DNA of 64,000 nt, taken from NCBI GenBank assembly GCA_965202805.1, contig OZ241869.1, positions 1,760,001 through 1,824,000 on the forward strand. Direction: 5' to 3'. Positions 30,408 through 40,251 of the stretch are shown here, one piece after another. Within the stretch, counting starts at the first letter, position 1, and each line of letters opens with the position of its first letter. This DNA comes from Longimicrobiales bacterium. Its GTDB lineage: Bacteria > Gemmatimonadota > Gemmatimonadetes > Longimicrobiales > Gaopeijiaceae. The notes under the pieces are model-generated. The model did no database searches. It was not told the DNA's origin and was given only the letters and a program-made list of their open reading frames with translations. The position numbers were made by a program, and so were the translations under genes.

Positions 30408-30632
30408 ATGAACATGACCCCTCGACGCAAGACTTCGAGCCGTCTCACGCTGGGCGCGCTGTCCCTCGCGGCTGCCCTGGCCCTGCAGACCGGACCTGCG
30501 GTCGCACAGTCCCCCTATCACGACCCGCCTGTCGAAGAAGAGATCATCGATGGGCGTCCCGACCGCGACGCCAACGGCAACTGGACCTGGTGCTGGCCGC
30601 TGTACTGGTTCTTCTACTGCTGGACCCGATAG
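30408..30632 (+). CDS. Small secreted peptide (74 aa) with Trp/Cys-rich C-terminus
   Basis: GGAG before ATG 30408; signal peptide ending AVA-Q; tail WTWCWPLYWFFYCWTR; mostly G/C-ending codons like its neighbours. Confidence 0.7.
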   Translation: MNMTPRRKTSSRLTLGALSLAAALALQTGPAVAQSPYHDPPVEEEIIDGRPDRDANGNWTWCWPLYWFFYCWTR

Positions 30633-30745
30633 CAGGGCACCCGGTGCTGGTGCGGCCCAGCCCCCGGTGGCGGCGGTCGGCGGTCGTCCAGGCCGCTGCC
30701 ACCGGCGGGCGCAGCCGCCCGCGGACCGAGGGAGGGTGCGCCCTG
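30633..30745. terminator. Long GC-rich hairpin between convergent genes
   Basis: CCGGTGGCGGCGGTC pairs with GGCCGCTGCCACCGG; outer CAGGGCACCC / GGGTGCGCCCTG. Confidence 0.4.
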
Positions 30746-30764
30746 GCCCGGGAATGACCCCGCC

Positions 30765-32273
30765 TCAGTTCGCCGGCACGGCCTCCATCAGAAGGCGCAG
30801 CGCCTCGTCGAGGGCCTGCCCCCCGGGTCCGGAGCCGCTGTAGTGTCCCAGCCGGACCACGACCATGTCGTGCGTGGGGATGATGATCGTGCTCTGGCCG
30901 CCCGCCCCGGCCATGCGGAATGCGCTCCGCGGAACCGGGTAGCCGCCGTTGGCATTCACCCAGAAGAACGCGCCCCCGTAGACATGTCGTCCGTCGGCCT
31001 CCCAGGCGGGCGCGAGCGTGGACGCGTACTCCACGTATCCCTCGGGGAGAATGCGCTCGCCGTTCACGACGCCGTCCGTCAGGTAGAGGTTGCCGAGGCG
31101 GGCCCAGTCGCGGCCGCTGCCGAAGCCGTATCCCTGGAGCAGGAAGTTGCCGTAGGGATCGGTCATCGCGTAGAAGTTGCGGATGCCCAGCTTGTCGAAC
31201 AGATGCCGTTGCGGGAACTGGTGATAGTTCTCGCCCAGCGTCCCTTCGACGCCCAGGCGGACCAGGTAGTTGGTGAGCACCGGGTCGCAGTTCCGATACC
31301 GTCCCACCGTGTCGGGCTCCCACTGCTGGTCCTTGCCGGCCGCCCACTCGAAGGAGTTGACGGTGCCCGTATAGAGGTACAGGTGGTCGGGGTATCCGAT
31401 GCTCGGGTCGTCGCCCGGATCGCCCAGGTTCCGGCAACGCAGCCCGGATGACATGCGCATGATGTCGCCGATGCGGATCGCCTGGCGCGGGTCGCCCTCG
31501 GACTGCCACTCGGGAACGGGCGCCGACTGCCAAAGGTCGTAAACGCCCTTCTGGATGAGGATGCCCATGAGGGTGCCGGTCAGGCTCTTGTTCATGGACC
31601 AGCTCTCCAGCGGCGTGGTGTGGTCGATGCCCTCGCGGTAGCGCTCCGCGAGCAGGCGGCCGCGGTGGGTGACCACGAAGGCCGCGGTGAGCGCCTCCGG
31701 GGGCGCGAAGGCCGCATCCACCGCCTGCGCGACCTTGTCCATGTCCACGTCGGCCGGGAACGGATCGTCCGGGAGCAGGTCGCCCAGCGGCCACGGGGTG
31801 GTCTCGGCGTCGGGGAGGGTGGATTCCACCTCGACCGTCTCGTAGTACGGCTCCTCCTCGCCGATGGGGAGCGCCAGACACCCCTGGTCGCCGTGCAGCT
31901 TCGCCGACCGCACCGTCCCGTCCGCGAGGGTGAGGTGCACGCGCTGGTTCTCGTAGTCGACCACCCGGTCGGTCACCGCGCCCCGGTGCTCGCCCAGCGC
32001 AGTGAAGAAGCCGGTGTGCTCGGCGGCGAAATCCGGATCCAGCCCGGACAGGAAGACGTTGGAGCACAGGATCTTCGCGAAGCCTGCGGTCGAATGCACC
32101 ACCGGGTCCCCCGGCGGCAGCTGGTACTCGCCGGGCAGCTCGAATTCGGCGGCGCGGGCGAGGAGTTGCGACTGTGGATCTTCGCCCGCGGGCTCGGACG
32201 CGTCGTCCGCGGGGGCGCAGGCGCTGGCAAGAATCGTGAGGACGGCGAGGGACGGGATCAGGCGGTGCAGCAT
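30765..32273 (-). CDS. Serine hydrolase, beta-lactamase class C-like lipoprotein
   Basis: SxxK (SMNK), MSSGL, YRN, DWARLG, GAGGQ; lipobox ASAC. Confidence 0.85.
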   Translation of the reverse strand: MLHRLIPSLAVLTILASACAPADDASEPAGEDPQSQLLARAAEFELPGEYQLPPGDPVVHSTAGFAKILCSNVFLSGLDPDFAAEHTGFFTALGEHRGAVTDRVVDYENQRVHLTLADGTVRSAKLHGDQGCLALPIGEEEPYYETVEVESTLPDAETTPWPLGDLLPDDPFPADVDMDKVAQAVDAAFAPPEALTAAFVVTHRGRLLAERYREGIDHTTPLESWSMNKSLTGTLMGILIQKGVYDLWQSAPVPEWQSEGDPRQAIRIGDIMRMSSGLRCRNLGDPGDDPSIGYPDHLYLYTGTVNSFEWAAGKDQQWEPDTVGRYRNCDPVLTNYLVRLGVEGTLGENYHQFPQRHLFDKLGIRNFYAMTDPYGNFLLQGYGFGSGRDWARLGNLYLTDGVVNGERILPEGYVEYASTLAPAWEADGRHVYGGAFFWVNANGGYPVPRSAFRMAGAGGQSTIIIPTHDMVVVRLGHYSGSGPGGQALDEALRLLMEAVPAN

Positions 32274-32460
32274 CTTCGTGACTCCACTTGCGGGGATGAG
32301 GCGGCCGGGGAACTCACCATAAGGAGGGACAGCCGGGGCAACAAGGAGATGCAGAACGCAGACCGGGCACCCTTTCGGTGCAGGTCACGCAATCCTAGTC
32401 TGAGCCGTGCCGCCCGAGCTACCCGGCCGCAGGACACTCCAGCCAGCGGAGGCACGCGCG

Positions 32461-33171
32461 TTGGACCTCTTCTTTTCCTCCGGCGACCCCGTCAACCCGT
32501 TCGTGATCTTTGACGGCGCCCATCTGCTCTCGCTGGGAGTGCTTGCCGTTCTGGGCCATGTGACCATCCGCCTGGGGCGTGCGGGAACCGCGGAAACCCG
32601 GCGCCGGATCAAGCGGGGCATGTGCGCCGTGCTCCTGATCACCTTCGTGGAAGGACATTTCTGGTACGCGTTCCACGGGGAGTGGGTCTTGGCGGAGCGC
32701 CTCCCCCTGCACATGTGCGGAGCCATGGTGTGGGTGAGCATCTACGGGCTGTGGACAGACCGGCCGTGGACCCGCCCGCTCATGTACTATCTGGGGATTG
32801 CGGGAGCGATTCAGGGGGTCCTGCAGCCGGACAGTCCCCATGGACCGCCCCACGTGCGCTTCGTGGCAACGATGTTGTCCCATACCACGCTGGTGGTCGC
32901 GGGGCTGTGGGTGATCCTGGTGGAGAAGTACACACCGAGTCTGCGCTCGACCTGGCGGACCTTCGCGCTCGTCCACGTCTACGCGGCGGTCATCTTCGCC
33001 TTCAACCTGCTCGTGGGCTCCAACTACCTGTATATCGTGGAAAAACCCGAGTCCGCGTCGCTCATGGACGTCTTCCCGGAATGGCCCTGGTACCTGCTTG
33101 TGCTCGAGGGACTCCTCCTGGCCATCGTTGCCGGCATGTACCTGCCCTTCGCGCGTCCGCGCCGGGCCTGA
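32461..33171 (+). CDS. YwaF / TIGR02206 family integral membrane protein
   Basis: LPLHMC, GSNYLY..KP..SLMDVF.EWPWY; TTG start after GGAGG. Confidence 0.85.
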   Translation: MDLFFSSGDPVNPFVIFDGAHLLSLGVLAVLGHVTIRLGRAGTAETRRRIKRGMCAVLLITFVEGHFWYAFHGEWVLAERLPLHMCGAMVWVSIYGLWTDRPWTRPLMYYLGIAGAIQGVLQPDSPHGPPHVRFVATMLSHTTLVVAGLWVILVEKYTPSLRSTWRTFALVHVYAAVIFAFNLLVGSNYLYIVEKPESASLMDVFPEWPWYLLVLEGLLLAIVAGMYLPFARPRRA

Positions 33172-33277
33172 GGTCTACTCCGGGTGCAGTGGTCGGCCCC
33201 CTCCAGGCCGATGATGCAGCCGACTCGGCCCCGCGTGCCACGCGCTCGAGCCGCGTCCGCTCTTTCGCCGCCCGACC

Positions 33278-33617
33278 CGCAACGCTAATCTGACCTGTGC
33301 CGCCCGGGCTTCCTTCCTCCCTCGGGAAGCCCGCGCTCTAGGAGGCACATGTTGGATGTTCTTTCCCCTCCGGCACCCCCGCAGTCCCGTTTGTGCTGCT
33401 CGGCAGCGCCGACCCCCCAGCCATGGCCAGCCTCGCGGCTCGCCCTTCTTCAACTTCCCGGCAGGCACCCCTCCACTCCAGGTGGTCGCCACGCCGCATC
33501 GGCGTCGCTGTGGACGCCTCGCCGGGCTGGCCCCGGTACCTGCCGGTCCTCGAAGGACTCGTGATTCCGATCGTTCTCGGCATGTTCCCGCCGTTCGTCC
33601 GCCTGCGCAGGGTGTGA
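33278..33617 (+). pseudogene. Degenerate tandem copy of the ywaF-like gene and its promoter, with a large internal deletion
   Basis: Matches 32388-33171 at promoter, RBS, 5' end and 3' end (WPRYLPVLEGLVIPIVLGMFPPF vs WPWYLLVLEGLLLAIVAGMYLPF); frameshifted; about 440 nt missing. Confidence 0.85.
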
Positions 33618-33636
33618 CCGCGGTACACCAGTTTCC

Positions 33637-34689
33637 ATGCAAAACCTGGAGATCCGGATGCGCGCAGACGTGAGAAAGGGCTTCGCCGTCGCTGTCTTCC
33701 TCTTCCACGCGCTGGTCCCGTCCTGGGCGTCGCCGGTGATGGCGGCGCAAGACGATGATCCCGACTACCTGGCCACCTATTCCATCATCGCTCGCGACCC
33801 GGGAACCGGTGAGCTCGGGATGGGCGTCCAGTCCAAGGCCTTCGCGGCCGGCAATCGGGCCATGCACGCGAAGGGCGGCGTGGCGGTCATCGCGCACCAG
33901 GCGTCCGCCAATCCCATGTACGGCGCGATCGGCGTCGACCTGATCGAGCGCGGCTACAGCCCGCAGGAGGCGCTCGACATGATGGTGGCGAGCGACGAGG
34001 GGCGCGACCGGCGGCAGGTGGCGATTCTGGACATGGAGGGCCGTACGGCCGCGTGGACGGGCACCGGCGCGAGCGACTGGAAGGGCCATCGGTGTGGGCG
34101 GGACTATTGCGCCCAGGGCAACATCCTGGTTGGTCCAGAAGTGGTCGACGCCATGGCGGCTTCCTTCGAGGCGTCCAGCGGACCGCTGGCGGAGCGGCTC
34201 ATGGACGCGCTCGACGCCGCTGAGGCCGCGGGCGGGGACGCGCGCGGCAAGCAGTCGGGCGCCATCCTGGTGGTGGCTCCAAGGGCGGGGAGCGGAGGCT
34301 TCAGCGACCGGGTGGTTGACATCAGGGTGGACGACCATGCCACGCCGCTGCACGAGCTCCGGCGCGTGCTCAACCTCCTCCGATCGGGTCAGATGGTGCG
34401 GAACGCCAATGCCAGCATGGCGCAAGGGAACCTGGAAGAGGCCCTGGCCGCCGCCACCGCCGCGCGCGACATGTCGCCGGAGAACGACAACGCGTGGGTG
34501 GCACTGGCGGCGGTGCAAGCGCGTATGGGGCGGGACGCGGATGCGCTGGAGTCGCTCCAAAGGGCCGTCGAGCTGAACCCCGGTCGCATGCGCACCCTGC
34601 CCCGTGACCGAAACTTCGAGACTCTCCACGAGCACCCGGGTTTCCGACGCCTGATCGGGGCCGATGATCCCGGTGCAAGTGCTCGTTGA
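33637..34689 (+). CDS. DUF1028 (Ntn-hydrolase-like) protein with C-terminal TPR
   Basis: TYSIIARD..GELG, QGNIL, AGGDARGKQS, DIRVDDH; TPR-like tail; signal peptide. Confidence 0.87.
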   Translation: MQNLEIRMRADVRKGFAVAVFLFHALVPSWASPVMAAQDDDPDYLATYSIIARDPGTGELGMGVQSKAFAAGNRAMHAKGGVAVIAHQASANPMYGAIGVDLIERGYSPQEALDMMVASDEGRDRRQVAILDMEGRTAAWTGTGASDWKGHRCGRDYCAQGNILVGPEVVDAMAASFEASSGPLAERLMDALDAAEAAGGDARGKQSGAILVVAPRAGSGGFSDRVVDIRVDDHATPLHELRRVLNLLRSGQMVRNANASMAQGNLEEALAAATAARDMSPENDNAWVALAAVQARMGRDADALESLQRAVELNPGRMRTLPRDRNFETLHEHPGFRRLIGADDPGASAR

Positions 34690-34752
34690 TGGATAGATGG
34701 CACAACGTCGCCGCGGGCGATCTGCCCGCTTGAAGTCTCCTTCAGGACCGCC

Positions 34753-37700
34753 ATGTGCGAGGAGGTCATGATGCTCGAATCCTGTCTGCAAAGCGTAGGC
34801 GCCAACTGGACGTCCCTGCGGAGATCCGCGCGATGTATGTCGACACTGGTGGCGTGTCTGCCCCTGCTGGTGCCCGGCATCGCGGCGGCGCAGAACACCG
34901 CAACGGTAACCGGCCTGGTCTCGGACGCGAACACCCTGGTCCCCCTGAGCGGCGTCGAGATCCAGGTACAAGGCACAGACATCAATGGGGCCACAAACAA
35001 CGACGGCAGGTTCATTCTCCTGAACGTCCCGGTTGGGGACGTCGTCCTGACGGCGGCGCTGATCGGACGCCGCACCGTGGAACAGGCGGTCACGGTCACG
35101 GCCGACACCCCGACGGAGGTGAACTTCCTTCTGGTCGAAACGGCCATCAACCTCGATGAGATCGTGGTTACCGGCACGGCAGGGGAGCAGCAGGCCCGTT
35201 CCCTCGGGACCACGGTCGGATCCCTCCCGGTGGCCGAAACGCAGGCAATCGCTCCCCGAGACAACTTCGAGACCATGCTGGGGGGCGCCGTGCCGGGCGT
35301 GAACGTAGCCTACGGCGGCGGCCACGTCGGAGGCGGCAACAACATCCGCATCCGGGGAGCCGGATCCATGGTCCTATCCGGGCAACCGCTCATCTATATA
35401 GATGGTGTCCGTGTGAACAGCGGCGGTCCGGGGGCCGAAGGGTCCCTTGGCGTGGGCACGCAGAGTCCGTCCACGCGGCTGAACGATATCAGCCCGGAAC
35501 TCATCGAGTCCCTGGAGATCATCAAGGGTCCGGCGGCCGCTACGCTCTACGGGACGGAGGCGTCGAACGGGGTCATCAACATCATCACCAAGCGAGGTGC
35601 TCGCGGAGCCCCCGTATTCACCCTGACGTCGAAGGTCGGGCAGAACTGGTATCGGGATCCCAAGGAGCACTGGCCGGGGAGCTTCTACACCTGCACCGGC
35701 CGCGGGACGGACCCGTGCACTCCCGGTGAGATCGTGGAAGTGAACGTCTTCAAGCGCGACTACGAGGTCCACGGCATGGAGCACTTCCAGGTCGGCATGC
35801 CTCTTGGAAGCGTCGGTACCGTCTCGGGAGGCACCGACGCGGTCCGGTATCATTTCACGCTGGGCTGGGATTTTGATGAAGGACCGGTCCCGAACAATAC
35901 CAACGACAGGCTGGACGCACGTGCAAACCTCAACTGGCTGCCCCGCGAGGACCTGACGGTGGATTTCGGCTTCGGGGGGATTCGCTCCGAACTGCACACC
36001 ACGACGGGGCGTCAGCCTGCGCGTGTCACGGGGTTCCACTGGTCCTGCCCCGGCGGTGGATGCGAGATCGGCACCGGGACGCCCAACGCGCTTGATGGCG
36101 CGTTCCGTGGCTATATCGCTTACCTGCCAGACCTTTACGACGAGTTGCTCGATTCGGGGCAGAAGGTCTACCGCACCATCTATTCGATGACGGCGACCCA
36201 TCGCCCGTTCGATTGGCTCACCCACCGGCTGGTCGTGGGCCTGGACCAGGTGGAGACCAACGGTTTCCGGCTCAACCGCCACTCGTCGGGGCGGGTTGGC
36301 ATCAGCGGCCGTCAGGGCGACAAGAGGCTCGAATTTCGCAACACCGACAATTTCAGCTTCGACTACTCCGGTACGTTGACCTACGAGCCTGTAGCCGGGT
36401 TCTCGCTGGCGACATCGTCCGGTGCCCAGTACTACGAGCGGTCCTCGGAGTGGCTCGCGGGACGTGGCTCACGCTTCGCGGTGCCCAGTCTCGAGACGAT
36501 CTCCGCGGGAGAAACCCGAGAGACATCCGATGGCTTTTCCAGCAACAAGACCGTCGGGGTGTATGTACAGGAGCAAGCTTCCTGGCAGAACCGAATCTTC
36601 CTGACGGGTGCTCTCCGAGGGGACGACAACTCCGCCTTCGGGGCGGACTACGACTTCGTCGTCTATCCGAAGCTGAGCGCGAGTTGGGTTGTCTCGGAGG
36701 AGTCCGCGCTGGAGGGTTTGGACTGGATCAACTCGCTGCGGCTCCGGACAGCCTGGGGGAAAGCCGGACAGCAGCCCGATCAGTTCGCAGCGGTGAGGCT
36801 CTACAACCCGGAGCCGGGATACCAGGGCGCGGGCGGCGTGACTCCCTTGACGATCGGAAACTCCGACGTGCAGCCCGAGGTTGGCGTGGAGACCGAGATC
36901 GGCTTCGACGCCGGGCTCTTCAACGACCGGGTCGGTCTCGAGTTTACCTACTACGACCAAAGGCGGACGAATGCCCTGATCAGCGTTCCGGTTAAGCCCT
37001 CGACCGGCTTTCCCGGCTCCCAGCTCAGGAATATCGGAGAGATTCAGAACACGGGAATCGAACTCGGGCTCAACGTGGATGCATACCAGGGTTCGACCTT
37101 GGGGGTCGAGTTCGGCCTCGCGCTCCACATGAACAGGAATGAGGTGCTCGATCTGGGGGGACTGGACCCGATTCCGGTGTTCGGGCGGAACTTTACAACC
37201 GGGTGGACGGGCCAGCGCCACGCAGTGGGCTTCCCGCTTGGGTCCATTTTCCTGCCTGTGGTGGTGTCGTCCGACATCGTGGGCACAGGCTTGCAAGCGC
37301 GCGCGACGAACGTGATGTGCGAAAGCGGTCCGATCGCAGCGCCGGGCACCCGAATCACCCGGGGAGGAGGTCCTCCTGTGCCGTGCACCAGCGGAGAGAC
37401 CGCACCCGAGGTCTACAGGGGCTCGACTGTTCCAACACGCGAAATGGCTTTCAACGCGACCGTGTCGTTCCTGGACAACACACGCTTTTACGTCGACCTG
37501 CAATACGTGGGCGGGCACACCATGGTGGACGGGATCACGGCGGGCTCCCACCTTTTCTTCCGGAACACAAGGGCGATCAACGAGAAGACCGACCCGATCT
37601 TCCTCGGCTACGACGAAATCGGGGAAGTCAACCCTTCGGGCATCTTCGACGCGTCTCAGCTCACCATGCGCAGCGTGTCGCTGAGTCACAATTTTTCAGG

Positions 37701-37929
37701 TGAAATGGCCGCGAGACTCGGTGCCTCCCGGCTCAATCTGACGCTCTCCGGTCAGAACCTCTGGAGGATATGGAGAGCGCAGAGCGAAGCCTTTGGGCAC
37801 CCCATCGTCGATTCGGAGATTCGGGACACCGGCGCAAGGAATACCGACCCCGGAGGGATCTCAGCCTATACGCAGGACGGTTTCCCGATGTTCAAACGTT
37901 TCTTGGCGACCGTGCGGGTGACCTGGTGA
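34753..37929 (+). CDS. SusC/RagA-like TonB-dependent receptor (second copy)
   Basis: LDEIVVTG, PLIYIDGV, LEIIKGPAAATLYG, RGDDNSAFG, C-terminal Trp; exact start uncertain. Confidence 0.92.
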   Translation: MCEEVMMLESCLQSVGANWTSLRRSARCMSTLVACLPLLVPGIAAAQNTATVTGLVSDANTLVPLSGVEIQVQGTDINGATNNDGRFILLNVPVGDVVLTAALIGRRTVEQAVTVTADTPTEVNFLLVETAINLDEIVVTGTAGEQQARSLGTTVGSLPVAETQAIAPRDNFETMLGGAVPGVNVAYGGGHVGGGNNIRIRGAGSMVLSGQPLIYIDGVRVNSGGPGAEGSLGVGTQSPSTRLNDISPELIESLEIIKGPAAATLYGTEASNGVINIITKRGARGAPVFTLTSKVGQNWYRDPKEHWPGSFYTCTGRGTDPCTPGEIVEVNVFKRDYEVHGMEHFQVGMPLGSVGTVSGGTDAVRYHFTLGWDFDEGPVPNNTNDRLDARANLNWLPREDLTVDFGFGGIRSELHTTTGRQPARVTGFHWSCPGGGCEIGTGTPNALDGAFRGYIAYLPDLYDELLDSGQKVYRTIYSMTATHRPFDWLTHRLVVGLDQVETNGFRLNRHSSGRVGISGRQGDKRLEFRNTDNFSFDYSGTLTYEPVAGFSLATSSGAQYYERSSEWLAGRGSRFAVPSLETISAGETRETSDGFSSNKTVGVYVQEQASWQNRIFLTGALRGDDNSAFGADYDFVVYPKLSASWVVSEESALEGLDWINSLRLRTAWGKAGQQPDQFAAVRLYNPEPGYQGAGGVTPLTIGNSDVQPEVGVETEIGFDAGLFNDRVGLEFTYYDQRRTNALISVPVKPSTGFPGSQLRNIGEIQNTGIELGLNVDAYQGSTLGVEFGLALHMNRNEVLDLGGLDPIPVFGRNFTTGWTGQRHAVGFPLGSIFLPVVVSSDIVGTGLQARATNVMCESGPIAAPGTRITRGGGPPVPCTSGETAPEVYRGSTVPTREMAFNATVSFLDNTRFYVDLQYVGGHTMVDGITAGSHLFFRNTRAINEKTDPIFLGYDEIGEVNPSGIFDASQLTMRSVSLSHNFSGEMAARLGASRLNLTLSGQNLWRIWRAQSEAFGHPIVDSEIRDTGARNTDPGGISAYTQDGFPMFKRFLATVRVTW

Positions 37930-37997
37930 TGCGCGCGAAGGTGGAGGGACCCAGAAACGAATTGTTGATTTCAGACGAAACCACAGAGGGACGTGTC

Positions 37998-39329
37998 ATG
38001 AATAGATTGATTGAGATGGTGCCGTGGTCGCGGAGGCTGTGCGGCATTGTGGCGCTTTCGGTGGCCCTTGGGGTGGCGGGGTGCGACACTGCCGAGCTCC
38101 TCGAGGTGGATCTTCCGGGTAACGTCACGGCCGATGACATCGAGAATCCCAGTTTGGCCGGTACCATGCGGGTATCCGCCATCGGTGACTTCGAGTGGGC
38201 GTGGGATGAGTACGTAGACTTCGCGGCCAAACATTCGGACGAGTACATCCAGTCTTCCGGAAACTTCACCGGACGGCGACTGCAGATCCGGGATATCCCG
38301 GCTAATGAGCCACGGTATCAGGACAACATCTTTGGCCGGCTCCATCGGGCGAGGGTCATGCTCGAGAGCCATTTTGACCGGCTTCAGACCTTTGCCGACG
38401 GTGACGTCCTGAACCGGACCCAGTACCTGGCCGAGATGCGGACGTATGGGGCCTTTATCTACGTGGTCTTCGGCGAGGGCTTCTGCGGAACGCCGCTCAA
38501 CGGAGACGGCGTGGTCCGGACCCCGGAACAGCTCCTGGAGATCGCCGTGGAGCAGTTTACGGAGGCCCTGAGCATCGCCGGGCAGTTGGGGACGAGGCGG
38601 GGTCAGGAACTCGTGCAGGCGGCGCGGATTGGACGCGCCAGGGCGTACCTCAACCTGGATCAGTATTCCAACGCCATCGCCGACGCGCAGTCGATCGTGA
38701 ACGATCCCGACCTCGATTTCTACGCAACTCGGGAGTATGGAGAGAATCGGCGCGAGAACTCGATGGCGAACACGAACGAACTCGATACCAACCAGCAGTC
38801 GACCGTCGCCCCGAGCTACCGTGACGTGCGGTGGAAGGGCGTGCCCGACCCCCGGGTGACGGTCATGGAAACCGGGCTCATCGGCCACGACAACGCCACC
38901 ATCGTCTGGCGCCACAACAAGACGCCCGAGAGTTTCCCCGCGGGCGCGGCCCAGGACGTCATCATCGCTTCGTCGCGTGAGGCCCGCATGATCATTGCCG
39001 AGGCCTCGGCAATGACCGGGGATCTGGCCACGGCGATCAGCATCATGGATGATTTCCACACCGCTGCCGGGATTCCTCCGATCACCGCGGAAGACGTGCC
39101 TACCCAGGACGACGTCATCCGGCAAGTCATCGAGGAGCGCCGTCGGGAGTTCTTCGTCGAAGGCGGTCATCGCCAGAGGGACCATCTGCGGTGGCGGGGT
39201 ACCCAGTTCAACATCCCGTATCTCGGTGAACCCGGCTCCGATCATCCGAACGGGGTCGACCAGTACGGTCAGGTCTACGGCACCACAACTTGCTTCCCAA
39301 TCGCTCAGAACGAGCAGGTGGGAAGCTGA
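37998..39329 (+). CDS. RagB/SusD family lipoprotein (second copy)
   Basis: Lipobox VAGC; GRARAYL, EARMIIAE, IEERRREFFVEG. Confidence 0.85.
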   Translation: MNRLIEMVPWSRRLCGIVALSVALGVAGCDTAELLEVDLPGNVTADDIENPSLAGTMRVSAIGDFEWAWDEYVDFAAKHSDEYIQSSGNFTGRRLQIRDIPANEPRYQDNIFGRLHRARVMLESHFDRLQTFADGDVLNRTQYLAEMRTYGAFIYVVFGEGFCGTPLNGDGVVRTPEQLLEIAVEQFTEALSIAGQLGTRRGQELVQAARIGRARAYLNLDQYSNAIADAQSIVNDPDLDFYATREYGENRRENSMANTNELDTNQQSTVAPSYRDVRWKGVPDPRVTVMETGLIGHDNATIVWRHNKTPESFPAGAAQDVIIASSREARMIIAEASAMTGDLATAISIMDDFHTAAGIPPITAEDVPTQDDVIRQVIEERRREFFVEGGHRQRDHLRWRGTQFNIPYLGEPGSDHPNGVDQYGQVYGTTTCFPIAQNEQVGS

Positions 39330-39336
39330 TCTCACA

Positions 39337-39400
39337 CCCCGTGGAAGCTGACTCCGGCCTCCCGCTGCGGGAGGTCGGAGGCTTCCGGGGATTTCTTTTT
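39337..39400 (+). terminator. Rho-independent terminator after susD-like gene 2
   Basis: Stem CTCCGGCCTCCC / GGGAGGTCGGAG, extended outer stem, then ATTTCTTTTT. Confidence 0.75.
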
Positions 39401-39401
39401 C

Positions 39402-40163
39402 CTAACCGCCCCGGCTCATCGTCTCAACCAGGATGACGCCCGCCGCGGCACCCGGATACCGCGATGTCGATGCGGGCCCGCGCAGTACTCGGATCCGCGT
39501 CACGGACGTGGCTGGTATCTGCTCGAGAGTCAACATCGCCCGATCCTGTCCACCGGCGTCGATCCTGACGCCGTCCAGGTAGATTTGTGGTTCCTCGCTC
39601 AGCAGGAACGAGTTGACGCCTCTGAGTCGAACCCTCACTCCGGTCCCGACTCCCCCCTGGGGTTGCTGGGCCGCGACGCCGGGAACGCCCGTCAGCAGGA
39701 GGTCAGCAGCAGTTCGTGAACTCGCACCGGTTCCGCTGACCTGCGCTTCCGAGTGCCCGCGTCCAAGATCGTCGCGTCGCGGGACCTCCACCAGGAGCTG
39801 ATCGAGCACGACCGAGACGCGGTGGACATGGAAGTGGATCAGCGATTCCTCCAACGGAGTGATCTCCACTGTTTCGACGAGGGTGATGAACCCGTCTCCC
39901 TCGACGCGCACCACCACTTCCCCGGCGGGAACGTTGAGGAGCCGAAACCACCCGTCAGCGTCCGTACGGGTGCGGTAGTGCGTGAATTCCGGGAGCGCCA
40001 CCAAGGCACCGGACACAGGCTCGCGACCCTCCTGATCCAACACCAGACCCATGACCGAGCCGGTGTCCTGCATCGCGGCAGCGGCGTGGGCAAGGGTAAA
40101 GGAGGCCACCAGCGCACACACACCGGAGAGGAGTCTTCGCGCTTGGAGCGCACGCGTTACCAT
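39402..40163 (-). CDS. Carboxypeptidase-like domain + TonB plug domain protein, no barrel (paralog of 19083-19793)
   Basis: Signal peptide; DGWFRLLNVPAG; RTAADLL..LRG..EPQIYLDGVRI..IRVLRGPAS..GVILVET. Confidence 0.75.
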   Translation of the reverse strand: MVTRALQARRLLSGVCALVASFTLAHAAAAMQDTGSVMGLVLDQEGREPVSGALVALPEFTHYRTRTDADGWFRLLNVPAGEVVVRVEGDGFITLVETVEITPLEESLIHFHVHRVSVVLDQLLVEVPRRDDLGRGHSEAQVSGTGASSRTAADLLLTGVPGVAAQQPQGGVGTGVRVRLRGVNSFLLSEEPQIYLDGVRIDAGGQDRAMLTLEQIPATSVTRIRVLRGPASTSRYPGAAAGVILVETMSRGG

Positions 40164-40251
40164 TGGCACTATTCGAAACACTGTTCTACCTCCCGGGACC
40201 TTTCCCGTATCGGTACCCACGCAGACCGAGAAAGCTTCCACCTCCCGACCC

